The position numbers and the translations under genes are program-made. This document shows, piece by piece, positions 10,233 through 21,368 of a stretch of 64,000 bases of DNA. The stretch is from assembly GCA_016840085.1 (NCBI GenBank), contig JAEOTA010000012.1, forward strand, positions 132,847-196,846. Reading direction: 5' to 3'. Positions within the stretch are counted from its first letter, which is position 1. Every line of letters begins with the position of its first letter. A model generated the notes under the pieces. That model made no database searches and was not told the DNA's origin. It worked only from the letters and a program-made list of their open reading frames with translations. Source of the DNA: Promethearchaeota archaeon. GTDB lineage: Archaea > Asgardarchaeota > Lokiarchaeia > Sigyniarchaeales > SOKP01.

Positions 10233-10991
10233 TTAGTCATTTTTCTTCGTGAGATTTTCAAAAAGCCTGTCCTGGATTTTGTTATCTATTTCTCGTGATA
10301 AATTATCTAGTATGTCTTCCGGCGCATTGGGTAGATATTCAAATAATTCCTTATGAATTATTGAATTGAATCCATCAACTAAATCATCAATAATAAGATG
10401 TCTTTGTAAGCAATTTGTTCTATGTGATTGAATTAAACTTTCATTTAAGTTTTTAAGCCAATATTTTCCATTTTTCTCTAAAATTTGAATTATTTCTCTA
10501 GATTTTGCTGCGTTAAAATGCTTAAATTCAGTTTCATATTTTACTAACTTTTCTTCGAAATATTTCATAATACCCGCCTTCCTTCTTGAACTCAAATCTA
10601 TATTGGAATTGAGAAAGATGATAATCATGTATTGGTCAAACAAAAAATGTATTTGAACTTTAATATTGGATCCCCCGATTTCTAAATTTTCTAAGTTTTG
10701 AATATTAATTTCTCCCGAAAAAGATTTAAAAGCACTTAAATAACCTGAAATCAAATTGATGTCTATTTCTATTTGATTATCATTTTCAGATTTCAAATAA
10801 GATTTAATTGGCCCATAACTACTTTCTTCTAAAGAGTATTCAAAAACCATTAATGCATTTCCGTATATATCCGCCAATATAATACCAATCACTGGCGGAG
10901 TTTTATTAAAATCATATGAGAAGTATGCGATCTCATTTATTTTCTCATGTATGACATTAACATCATATTGAACTTTATTATAGGTTTTCAT
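10233..10991 (-). CDS. Longin/roadblock-like domain protein (paralog of 33808..34635)
   Basis: GIILAD..GN...D.NLISGYLSAF.SF.GEI pattern typical of Asgard longin-like domains; clearly colinear with 33808..34635. Confidence 0.6.
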   Translation of the reverse strand: MKTYNKVQYDVNVIHEKINEIAYFSYDFNKTPPVIGIILADIYGNALMVFEYSLEESSYGPIKSYLKSENDNQIEIDINLISGYLSAFKSFSGEINIQNLENLEIGGSNIKVQIHFLFDQYMIIIFLNSNIDLSSRRKAGIMKYFEEKLVKYETEFKHFNAAKSREIIQILEKNGKYWLKNLNESLIQSHRTNCLQRHLIIDDLVDGFNSIIHKELFEYLPNAPEDILDNLSREIDNKIQDRLFENLTKKND

Positions 10992-11412
10992 AAACTAAGT
11001 GATCTGAAATAATTTAAAATTTGTATTTCATATATTTTCTCAATAATTATAAACATAAAAGAGGGTGCCGGTTTTAACAAGAGGAGGATTTTGCCTTTAT
11101 ATAGGGCGCCGACAAAAACAACCCAGCAATTAGAAATCCAATTTACGGCTTACTACTTATTTTTTAATATATGAGTTCAAAAAGATATACCAAATTTAAT
11201 TACTCTTTCAAATGAATTGGAATACTCATTTCTCTTTTAGGGCATTCTAGAATCAAACATTCAAGGCAAGTCCAAAAGGGTTTCATTTATTTGGTGATAA
11301 TACAAATTTCTATAAAAGGATGTTCTAGAGGCCTCAACCGATCAAGAAGTAACAGATACCATTCTTAGATTACTAAAAAATAGAATTATTAAAAAAGAGT
11401 TTGAAGTTAAAT

Positions 11413-12117
11413 TTATATTAAAGTCTTTAATATTTTTATTTTATTCTCTGCCTTCTCATCGTACGGATCCATTTTGATAATAGTATCATAACAACCAAAA
11501 GCTTTTTTAAAATGTTCCAATTCAATATATATTTTACCCAGCTTATTTAATAGAATCTTATCATCTAAGAAAATATCTACTGCTTCTTTTAGAATTTTGA
11601 TGGCATACTTTAAATCTCCCAATTTCTCATAGCATTTTACTAAGTTAAAGTAAGAATCGAAATCAAACATATCAACTGACAATGCTGCTTCATAATATTT
11701 AATCGCAATCTGATACTCATATAAATTCATATAGCAATTACCTAAATTAAAAAGGGCAAAAGCGTTTAGTGGATCCATTTTTATTACCCTTTCAAAACAC
11801 TTGATAGCTTCATTATATTCTTCCAATCTAAAATAAAGCGTTCCCAAATAAAACCAGGTATCTAAAAATTGAGGTTTAATTTCTATACATTTTTTCCAAT
11901 ATTTAATTGCTTTTTTATTTACTCCAATTGTTGCGTAAATTACTCCCAAATTAAATAAAACTCTAAGATCTTGAGGGTCTATCTGTAAAGTCTCTTTATA
12001 TTTTTTGATAGCAAATCCATAATCTTCTATATCAACACACAAATCCCCCATTTTCATTAAATCTTTGATTTTTAACCAATCTTCTTTCTCTTTTTTTTTT
12101 TCATCTATTTCTGTCAT
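11413..12117 (-). CDS. Tetratricopeptide repeat protein
   Basis: About six 34-aa repeats (FNLG..Y...AI.Y...). Confidence 0.9.
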   Translation of the reverse strand: MTEIDEKKKEKEDWLKIKDLMKMGDLCVDIEDYGFAIKKYKETLQIDPQDLRVLFNLGVIYATIGVNKKAIKYWKKCIEIKPQFLDTWFYLGTLYFRLEEYNEAIKCFERVIKMDPLNAFALFNLGNCYMNLYEYQIAIKYYEAALSVDMFDFDSYFNLVKCYEKLGDLKYAIKILKEAVDIFLDDKILLNKLGKIYIELEHFKKAFGCYDTIIKMDPYDEKAENKIKILKTLI

Positions 12118-12450
12118 TTTTTACCACCTCGCCTTTTTTAATAAAAAAAATTTATTATAGTTGAAATGGAATTTATTGATAAGTCTATTTAAAGAAAAAA
12201 TGGTGTTATGAACGAATTTACTAAATTGGGTTTATTTAAAGTAAAATACTCTATCTCCTTTTTTTAAAGAAATTTTGATCATTCTTATGAGGAAGATGTC
12301 TATTTAGCCAATTTCTTAAATATAGACGAAAAAACTGAGGATTTAGACCAATGGAATTAAGCTTGATATTTAAAAAATCAGAAATTTTTGTTTGTATTAT
12401 CCTAAATTTAGTTTTTTCATATTTCCTGATGGTAAGGAGATATTTTAAAA

Positions 12451-13356
12451 TTATTTATCTGAAAATTCAATAGTATATCCTTTTTTAGGTTCCAGAGATT
12501 TTATCATATCATTTAATCCTAAGTTTGAAAAGATTTCTTGTGTAATGAATGTAAAATATTTAATCATATTTTCTTTTAAATTTGCAATGTAAATCTTATC
12601 GTTAAATAATTCTTACCCTGAATCATCTATTATACATTTCATCTTTTTAATATAGGTATCTGAGATTTTCCCACCATTATGAACAATGATATTTCGTCTA
12701 TAATAACTTTCTCTTAGATCATTCCATTCTTTAAATTTTTCTGTAATTTCAATTTGAAAAAATTTTTTTAAGAACTTTTCTGCAAAATCATCAATATCCG
12801 AATAAAATATATCATTCATCTTTTTATAAGCTAAATATCTGTTGAGATCTTCCATTTTAGAGAAATCTATGATTTCCTGATAACTAACCAGATGTTTACT
12901 CTTCAACTTTTCAGGTTTAAAGCAAAAAACTTCAGTAAAGAAATCTTTATTAAATGCTTCAAATTGACAAATTAAATAGATATGTACCATATTGTAAAAC
13001 CATTTTTTATATCGTTTTTTATTGAAAATTCGACTAATTTGCATTATTAGCTCAGAAAAAAGTTCTCCAGATTTTTTACTAAACTTTGTTTTAGAACCTA
13101 TCTGAGTTTTATTTTCATTTTTTTCAATAAAGTTATCTATTAAACTCACTAAGTGTTTCAACAAATCTATAAAATCTCCTTTCTCCTCATCTTTTTTGAC
13201 AAGATCACTAATAGGAAGATCTTCAAGCGAATCTTCGATATCCAGCTCGATAAAATTTGAAACATCTTTAAAAAAGTTAAATAAATTTAAGATATCATCT
13301 CTATATTTATTAAATATACTGATCAATGGTTGAATAAAATTAGTATCTGAATTCAT
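12451..13356 (-). pseudogene. HEPN-domain protein (RiboL-PSP/MAE_28990-like) with an in-frame TAA at 12613
   Basis: RRNIIVH (Rx4H). The frame continues 53 codons past the TAA to a stop at 12451. Confidence 0.65.
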
Positions 13357-14232
13357 CTTAATACAATATAAACATTTAAGACTATAATATATATAAAATA
13401 TTTTTCAAGAATTTAATTAACAACAATAGATATGGATAATTCTTTAATCATAATACAAATTTAATTATTATTATATTTTGGGTAGAACCATCTATTTTTG
13501 GATAAATTATTTTATTTGAATAGATTTATTTACATCATAGTTCTTTTCTTTTGAAACTAATTAATTTTTTATATTTATAGATAGTGGATTTTAGGATTAA
13601 CAATTAATATTATAGAAAGCTGAATATAAAAATGAAATACCTACATATGAAATTGAAATGGAACTACTGATAGAGGGGTTTTATCAGTATCCAAATTTTA
13701 AAAAAGTCGTCAAGGAGAAAAGTATAGAAGCAGATAAAATAAGAAAAAAAAAGAATCTATAAAGGCTTTCAAGATAAAAAGCCACTCCTGCTAAAGCAGA
13801 TGGTTAGGAATACTGGTTGTTTTGTCAATATTCTTTATTAAGAATAAATATTCTGTTCCAACAAAATATATAGAATAGTGGGTATATATTTTACAACTGC
13901 TTATTCAAAAATTTTTCCTATAAAATAATCCAATAAAATAAAACTATTTTTGCCATAATGATTTTCCAAAACCATTTGTTTTCAATTGATACCATCTAAA
14001 ATTACTGCCAAATCTGTGATACAGAAAATTAATGAATCCAAATATTTATTATCTGTATTTTTTATGATTATTTTTCTGAATATGCCCTTAAAAATCAAAA
14101 AAATATATGAAATTATAGTATCACCTTTACTGGATAGATCTCACTATGTAAAGGTATACTTTTATTTATGATACGATTTGTTGATATTGAGTTAAAATGA
14201 ATAATTTTGTTCAAATATAAATCATAAATAAG

Positions 14233-16644
14233 ATGTCGTTTCTAAAACAATTAATAGCATATTCAAAAGAAGAGTTTAATGGAAATGAATTAAAAACTTT
14301 AAAAGAATGTTTCAATCATTTCCTAAATGCCATATCAGATTGCCATAAGACATTTATTATTAAAAATACAATTGAAATACCAAAACAAGTATTTAAAGAC
14401 GGAGAACTATTTAAAGGGTTTAAATGTCTTGAAAAAAAAGGTCTAACTCAAGATAAATACCTATTACCAAAAGCTTATTTATATTATGAAACCCTTATAC
14501 AAAAATCACATAGATACTCCAATTATATATGCCAATTTCTTGAATATTTCAAGAAGAACTTGCGAGGTATAATTAGTGGAATGATTTATTATAACAATGC
14601 GTTTATGGAACAGTTTAAAAGAAAGGGATTAAATGACAATGAGATTGTATTTTTACTATTCCTATTAAATGATTTAAGATATATTAAATTATCTTGGGGA
14701 AGCCCAAATCCTCCTCATCCAGATGACCCCTTATATGGGAATTTAAAAGTAAATGAAGTTACTGAAAAAGGATTTTCACTTATAAATAATATATGTATTA
14801 TTAAAAAGCATAATGATGTAATTCGCTTTATAAAAAGAATAGTAAATGATTATTTAGACGAGAATTATTTTGGAATTCATTTGAAAATCTTGGCAAATAA
14901 AATAGAACAAAATAAAAATAAGTGGCTAATTAATTACATAAGAATGGATTTGATAAAAGAAAAGAGTGAAGGATATTCTAACGAAGCATACTCAACAGAT
15001 AAAAAAGCAATTTTTTTTCAGGATATAGTAGAAATTGATAATATTTTTGCCAAATTTTCAAATAATGGATATATTTATGAAAATGAAGGACACCAATTCT
15101 TTTTTAATGAAAATTTATCAATTCCAGGAGATTATGAAACTTTTAAAAGTAATTTTAACACAAATTTTTATCAATATTCTTATATCAAGTGTAATAAAGA
15201 AGTTAATCTAATATTTCAAGATGCTCTCTATTCTCCTAATTTGGATTCTTACTATCAAAAAGTTGTCGATAAAAAATATTTTTACAATGAAAATCCTTTA
15301 AATGGCATGACTATAATAAAAAGATTTATTGGATTTTCTTTCCCTATGGATAATATTCCAAGTCCACTTATATTAATTGTATTTCCAATCAACTCATTTA
15401 TATTTAAGCTGAATAAGGATGTATTTAATATACATCAAGATTTGGAAGTAAATTGGGACGTAAAAGGAAGGATTAAAGACTTAATTTATTTAACTTATAA
15501 AAAGGGGAAGAGTGATCCTATAAGAATTAAGAATATTATCGCAAAAATAAAGATCGAGGATAACTTATCAGGAATTTTGCAATTTGAAGTGTCTTGGTTA
15601 GGAACTGATGATTTATTACCAAATGGGTGTATATTATATAAAAAGGAAATCTCTTATATGAAGAATAATCAAATAAAAAGAGAGAAAGCAGATGATAAAG
15701 AATCCAATGAGGAATTTTTTAAATATTTAGAAGAGTGTCTTTCTGAACCCACTCCAAAGCGTGCTGAACATGGTAAGTATGATACAGGAATCCTAATAAT
15801 TTCTCAAAAATTAAATAGTGAAACTGAAAACTTTTCTATTGTCGATTTTGGATGTGGAAATGGCAGACTTATATATGGCCTAAACAATTTAGACCCAAAG
15901 GTGCTCGAAAAATTGACCTATTTTGGAATAGATATCAATCAAAATTATCTTGATGAATGCAAAAAGATAGCAACAGAATTACAATTTAAAAAAAAAATAA
16001 AGGAATTTCATATTTTAACTCCAGATAAATTTTTCGAATTAGAAATTGAAGTAGAATATATTTTTTTAATTCATGTTATACATGAATTAAAGGTTTGTGA
16101 TCTCCTTGGAATTATGTATGATCTTTTATACAGATTAAAAAATGGAGGTAATGTAATGATACATGAAATGGTAGAACTTATAGAAGGAGAAAAGGATTTC
16201 ATTTCTTATGATAAGGATGACTATTATGAACTCTTTGATAATAAAGGATTAACTATCCATTGTTATTCATACTCATCTAGAAGGATGCATAATCCGTTGA
16301 TAACAGTTAATTTAATTAAAAAGGAAGATATTACAGAGATATCAAAATTTATTAATTCAATAAAATCAGCACTAACAAATAAAAGACAAAGAATCAAGAA
16401 TGAAATAAAAAGTCTTCAAGAAAAAACTAATATTCTAAAAACAAAAGAATACGCACGATTAATGGCTTTATTTAATAACCTTATATTTCAATTAGACGAA
16501 TATGATGAAATAATTCAAGGGAAAGGAATTCCTATTCATTCAAAAAAATGTCCTAAATGTGGATTCAATGAAATGTTTATTTTACGTGATACAAATACTT
16601 GGAAAATGAGATGTGGAAAGTGTAGTTTGATTGTCTCAATTTAG
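14233..16644 (+). CDS. Large protein: unknown N-terminal region + class I SAM-dependent methyltransferase + C-terminal Zn ribbon
   Basis: IVDFGCGNGRL, YFGIDIN, LKNGG; terminal CPKC...CGKC. Confidence 0.75.
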   Translation: MSFLKQLIAYSKEEFNGNELKTLKECFNHFLNAISDCHKTFIIKNTIEIPKQVFKDGELFKGFKCLEKKGLTQDKYLLPKAYLYYETLIQKSHRYSNYICQFLEYFKKNLRGIISGMIYYNNAFMEQFKRKGLNDNEIVFLLFLLNDLRYIKLSWGSPNPPHPDDPLYGNLKVNEVTEKGFSLINNICIIKKHNDVIRFIKRIVNDYLDENYFGIHLKILANKIEQNKNKWLINYIRMDLIKEKSEGYSNEAYSTDKKAIFFQDIVEIDNIFAKFSNNGYIYENEGHQFFFNENLSIPGDYETFKSNFNTNFYQYSYIKCNKEVNLIFQDALYSPNLDSYYQKVVDKKYFYNENPLNGMTIIKRFIGFSFPMDNIPSPLILIVFPINSFIFKLNKDVFNIHQDLEVNWDVKGRIKDLIYLTYKKGKSDPIRIKNIIAKIKIEDNLSGILQFEVSWLGTDDLLPNGCILYKKEISYMKNNQIKREKADDKESNEEFFKYLEECLSEPTPKRAEHGKYDTGILIISQKLNSETENFSIVDFGCGNGRLIYGLNNLDPKVLEKLTYFGIDINQNYLDECKKIATELQFKKKIKEFHILTPDKFFELEIEVEYIFLIHVIHELKVCDLLGIMYDLLYRLKNGGNVMIHEMVELIEGEKDFISYDKDDYYELFDNKGLTIHCYSYSSRRMHNPLITVNLIKKEDITEISKFINSIKSALTNKRQRIKNEIKSLQEKTNILKTKEYARLMALFNNLIFQLDEYDEIIQGKGIPIHSKKCPKCGFNEMFILRDTNTWKMRCGKCSLIVSI

Positions 16645-16975
16645 TTGTAATATTTTTAATTAATTAGTACCAGACTTATCCCTAATTATTTAAATTTTCC
16701 TTCTTGTTAAGAGTATTCAAAGTAGGTCATTTTATAGTTTTTTATCAAACCGAAGTTTAGAATTATTTGCTATTAAAACATAGAGAAATGATAAAACAAC
16801 GTTTCGATACTATTTTTTTCAAGATAATTAATAGTAGAATTCATTTTCTCATTATTCAATCAATTTTTAAAAATTGATATAAAAATATAGGAATTAAATA
16901 TAAGTTAGGAAATCTTTATTTAATAGGAGTATTCTATATAAAGAACTCCTAATCATAAAAGTGAGATGAAAAATA

Positions 16976-17242
16976 ATGGTTATAATTGAACATACAGAAA
17001 ATGAATGGCGAGATTTATGTAAAGCTTTAATTGAAAAAGTACGTAGTATATCTATAGGTTTATTTGAATGGACAAATAAACCTGATGAGGATTCGGGGAA
17101 AAAAATACATCATATTAAGGAATATTTTGTGGAAAAAATTCTTTTTGGTCTTGAGAAAAATAGTATATTTTCAGGTATAAATTTCATAAGTATTAAACCA
17201 CCATATGAAGATATTATCGAGAAGTTATTTAATAACTTGTGA
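16976..17242 (+). CDS. Hypothetical protein
   Basis: ATG ORF. Confidence 0.45.
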   Translation: MVIIEHTENEWRDLCKALIEKVRSISIGLFEWTNKPDEDSGKKIHHIKEYFVEKILFGLEKNSIFSGINFISIKPPYEDIIEKLFNNL

Positions 17243-17338
17243 ATAAATTTAAAATCTTATTAAAAATATGCTAAAAAAAAGTTGTCAGTGAACTAATAAG
17301 TTGTTTTTGCGTCATTAAAAAGTTGTCGTACAATGTAT

Positions 17339-18367
17339 CTACCTTATTGATTGTCTAAAAATAGGTTTTAAAACATTAACATAATGGTCTCTTATAGAAT
17401 ATTCAGCGATATTAGTAGCTTCAGAAATAATCCATTGAGCTAAGACAGGTTTTTGAAAAAATTTTTTAGCTAATAGTTTGTCTGCCAAATAAATAATCCC
17501 CCCTGTTAAAATAAAGGGATTTCTACCTCCACGCTGTTTCATAGGTAACTTTTTTAATATCTCACGACTCTGTATAGTCAATTTATTCTGAAATTCTCTT
17601 TTTGACCAAAGTACATATTTCTTTTTCAATCTCTCTTCCAAATCTTTATGATTTATGACTTGATTAATTAATCTCATGAGATAATCTTCACTTTTATGAG
17701 GGAAATTCTCATCTTTAATATGATGTTTATATTCTATTCCATCTCTTAAAATTAATCTAGGATTAACTCGATGACCGTAGTTTTGAAAAGCCTCAGAGAT
17801 CTCCTTTATTGTAATAGGTGCATTATGATATTCTTTCCTCGCAGCATAAAATATACAAAACCCTATTAATGAGATGTTATTTACAACCTTAACCTCATTC
17901 TTGATTATTTTCCTATAATAATACGCTGCATTGTCTCTAATATTTTTATTGAGATTTAGATATGACGAAATTTTATTTAAAATATTGAAAATCCTGTATT
18001 CTGTTTCATGATTTTTAAGCCTTAATAATTGATCATAATTTTTTTTTAATCTTCTAAATAACTTTTGCTCATTCGGACGTAAAAGTCTACCAGCTTTATC
18101 TTTTAAAAACATAGAATTTTCGTAATCTATATATGAACCTAATCCCCCAATAAAATCAATACGCTCCCCTAAAGCTATATATTGTTTGCTTAAAGTTCTT
18201 TCATTATTCTTATTATTTTCAGTAGAAACAAAAGATGATTCCTTAAAAAAAATATCAATCACTAATCCACATTTAGTACAAATCTTTTCAAAGCTATTAT
18301 GGATTAAATTTCCACCACATTCAGGACAAGATTCATTTTCATTATTATTTATTTTGTCGGTTACCAT
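17339..18367 (-). CDS. tfb: Transcription initiation factor IIB (TFB) family paralog
   Basis: CPECGG...CTKCG Zn ribbon, GLGSYI linker, two cyclin-like repeats (GRNP...IYLA; IAEYSIRDHY). Confidence 0.9.
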   Translation of the reverse strand: MVTDKINNNENESCPECGGNLIHNSFEKICTKCGLVIDIFFKESSFVSTENNKNNERTLSKQYIALGERIDFIGGLGSYIDYENSMFLKDKAGRLLRPNEQKLFRRLKKNYDQLLRLKNHETEYRIFNILNKISSYLNLNKNIRDNAAYYYRKIIKNEVKVVNNISLIGFCIFYAARKEYHNAPITIKEISEAFQNYGHRVNPRLILRDGIEYKHHIKDENFPHKSEDYLMRLINQVINHKDLEERLKKKYVLWSKREFQNKLTIQSREILKKLPMKQRGGRNPFILTGGIIYLADKLLAKKFFQKPVLAQWIISEATNIAEYSIRDHYVNVLKPIFRQSIR

Positions 18368-18703
18368 TATCCCCCCATATTTTAAATCTAAAGAATAAAA
18401 ACAGCTCGGATTTTATCTTAATTTTGTGAAAAGTGAATTCACTCACAGAGAATTCTATTTCATATTAATAGAATAAAAAACTTCAGAGAAGGAGAGATAA
18501 TTAGAAGTAAAATTTAGGTTATTTTGCAAAATATCTTCTAAAAAGATTAAATTAATTCATTAAATCTTTGATAAGTCTTAAAATGTCGTCAATTTCTTCA
18601 CAATTTATTAATCAGGTCCCACACCTCTATTTAAGATAGTATTTGATTATTCCAAATCCAAATATGCATCAACAAGTAATTCCTTTATGAAATACTTCTG
18701 AAA

Positions 18704-19007
18704 TTAAATTTCTCTTTTTCTGTATTTTTTCTTAAATAATTTAATCAATTGCTTTATATCTTTTTTAATTTTATCTTGATCTTTTTCTGATTTAGCTGAT
18801 TTGAATTCAATTTCACCAATAACATCAGTGTTTTTAAAAACATCTCGGATCAAATTATTAGTATCTTGTTTGATTACTAATATAATAGGCTTTTTCAAAC
18901 TCTTCGCGTAAAGAACTTTTTCTATTAATTCCACCCTTTCAAAAAATAGGTTCGAGACCAACGAATATCCAATATGATGATTCTTCTAAATCTCTTTTCC
19001 AGCTCAA
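18704..19007 (-). pseudogene. Frameshifted small TIR-like/flavodoxin-fold protein
   Basis: TTG at 19007 after GAGGGAG gives MSWKRDLEESSYWIFVG; a 1-nt shift joins it to SNLFFERVELIEKVLYAKSLKKPIILV. Confidence 0.4.
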
Positions 19008-19606
19008 TTTATCTCCCTCTTTTCCCTAGGAAATACTTTTAAAAAATTATCTCCCTCAATTTGGATAATCTGTATTTTTTTGTCTTGAAAAAGGATAACT
19101 TCTTTTTCTTCTAATCCATATGCTAATTCACAATTTTTTAATAAAGTTAAGGACCAATTAATATATTCTTTGTATGCTATTCCTGTTATTTTATACTCAT
19201 CAGTAACATTTTGATTATTAGGAGGACCATAAAAATCTTTATCCCATGTCCAAAATTCTGGGAATTCACCACCACTCAAGACAGAGAGATCTTCGTCTCC
19301 TTTATGATTCTTAAGAAAACCGTGTTTGCCAGATATTTCCCAAAAAGTATAAATTTTAAAAGGATCTGGAAAAGATTGAAATGTGTTTATCAAAAAATTA
19401 AATTGACTGGTAATTTCCTCCTCAAATTTTTTCATTGCTTCTAATTTATGGATTTTCTTAGTTTCAGTGAGGGTTTCAATATGTGTTTTAATCTGATCTG
19501 GATAAAACTTCTTCCATTCTTTCAAAAATAAATTTAGATACTCTTTCAATTCTTCTGATCTTAGCACTTTTAAAGAAAGGAAATTTAGTTTCAAATATTC
19601 CATCAA
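19004..19606 (-). CDS. Hypothetical protein
   Basis: 200-aa ORF whose stop overlaps the downstream start. Confidence 0.65.
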   Translation of the reverse strand: MMEYLKLNFLSLKVLRSEELKEYLNLFLKEWKKFYPDQIKTHIETLTETKKIHKLEAMKKFEEEITSQFNFLINTFQSFPDPFKIYTFWEISGKHGFLKNHKGDEDLSVLSGGEFPEFWTWDKDFYGPPNNQNVTDEYKITGIAYKEYINWSLTLLKNCELAYGLEEKEVILFQDKKIQIIQIEGDNFLKVFPREKREIN

Positions 19607-19722
19607 AAAGAGTAAGGATAATTTTTAATAAATTTGAGCTAAATGATTAAAGGAAACTCCTAATCGTTAACAAAAGAACGGGAAATAATTAATATATATA
19701 AAAATATCTCCCAGATCCTCTT

Positions 19723-20046
19723 TTGGCTAAAGAATTAGCAGAGGAATTAAATACTAATCTTAAAAACATTCATGCTTATATTTCTATTTTAAGACAAAAG
19801 GGAATAATTATTCGTATTTGTAAAATAGGACGAACGGCGTTATATGGGTTAAAAGAATCAAAATATCACCAACTCATGCATGAAAACGATAAATTAACTA
19901 ACGAAATAAAAAAATTAAAGGAAAAAAATAAAAAATATAAGGCTTATATAAATCAATTGGGTAGATTTCTTGTCTCATTAATTAAAAATGATTTAATTAG
20001 CGACACAATTAAAACGAAACTCATTTCCTCTCTTAAAGATAAGTAA
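19723..20046 (+). CDS. Winged-helix transcriptional regulator with coiled-coil
   Basis: AKELAEEL...IHAYISILRQKGII...YGL. Confidence 0.7.
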   Translation: MAKELAEELNTNLKNIHAYISILRQKGIIIRICKIGRTALYGLKESKYHQLMHENDKLTNEIKKLKEKNKKYKAYINQLGRFLVSLIKNDLISDTIKTKLISSLKDK

Positions 20047-20552
20047 TATACAAAATTGTTTCTTTTAACCTCTATAAAATAAGGAACAATCTCAAATTTC
20101 CATCCTAAAAAAAACGTCAATTGGATTTTATTTTTCAACTCTTTTTTTAATAGTATCTTCAAGTAATTGAATTTATAATTGTTAATTTTGAGGTGCTACA
20201 AAACTTAGTAATAAGGTTTAAAAAATGATGGATAATGAATAAATGAAGATATTTATAGAATCAATGTTATCTACGTGCCTTAAATAACTCTATTTATTTC
20301 TAAAAATTTTATCACTAAACAAATTGTCTATTTTTCTTTCTATTAAATGTATTTATTTACTCTTATAAAACATATTTTTCTTTAAATACAAATGATTTAC
20401 ATTTTGTTTATTAAATATGTAATAGATACTGATAAAAAATTTAATAACGTTTTTCAATTTATGTTTTATGACAAAAATATTATGAAAAGTTAAAAATTTT
20501 TGAATAGTTTTTATTAAAAATCGAATTATAATTTTTTTACTTAATAAAAGAA

Positions 20553-21368
20553 ATGCAGGTTCACGAAATTCGCAATATAACAAATAGAATAAAAGAAAAA
20601 TCAGAAATCAAGACATTTGCAGAATCAGAATTATTTTTAAAAGAATTTCCATTAGATTTAAGAGAAATTATATTAAAACATATTAATGAATCTTTCGAAA
20701 AATTAAAAAGATCTTTATTTCAAGCACTAAAAATTATTCTAGTAAAGTATTCAAATCAAGATTTGATATCAAAAACAGCAGATTTCTTTCAAAAACCAAA
20801 AAGTCAGAAATCTAAACCTAAAAAAATAATTTTTACTGAGGAAGAAATTGATGATTTTGAACAATTAAAATCCGATTTAAATGATTTTTTTTTGGTAATA
20901 AGAGATATGTATACACTTAAAGATCATCTAATTATCGGTTGGAATGAATTCTGTGTTAATCAAGGAATAACTCGTGAGATTCCTTTAGACTCAAAAATCA
21001 GAAGAATTTTTAAAATAAATGAATTTTTAGAAGAAGAATTTGATTCCCCAACTTACAATATTCTAGATCCAATATATAATTTTTTTAATGTTCTTGAGAA
21101 AGAGGATATTGCTAGCTTATTAATAGGAAATTCAGTGTGGAATTTATCAATTGATTATTTTAATAAAATAACTCGTTATAAGATTATGCCTCATAATGGA
21201 GCATTAATAATACTTATTTATTATGAAGGAATATTAGTAGTTATGAAAACATTGAGCATTTGTAAAAACATTCAAGACGTTAATACTTTAGCATCAACAT
21301 ACTATAAGATTTCACAATATGAAGAATGCATTAATTTTATAATAGAACCTTGGAGGGAGATTTTTTAA
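20553..21368 (+). CDS. Hypothetical helical protein, gene 1 of five-gene operon
   Basis: 271-aa ORF; its TAA overlaps the next ATG (TAATG). Confidence 0.75.
   Translation: MQVHEIRNITNRIKEKSEIKTFAESELFLKEFPLDLREIILKHINESFEKLKRSLFQALKIILVKYSNQDLISKTADFFQKPKSQKSKPKKIIFTEEEIDDFEQLKSDLNDFFLVIRDMYTLKDHLIIGWNEFCVNQGITREIPLDSKIRRIFKINEFLEEEFDSPTYNILDPIYNFFNVLEKEDIASLLIGNSVWNLSIDYFNKITRYKIMPHNGALIILIYYEGILVVMKTLSICKNIQDVNTLASTYYKISQYEECINFIIEPWREIF

Noticed and set aside
13776-13810. Hairpin GCCACTCCTGCTAAAGCAGATGGT resembling an IS200/IS605 right end
   Set aside because: Single imperfect stem 4 kb from the tnpB fragment with no adjacent transposase sequence.
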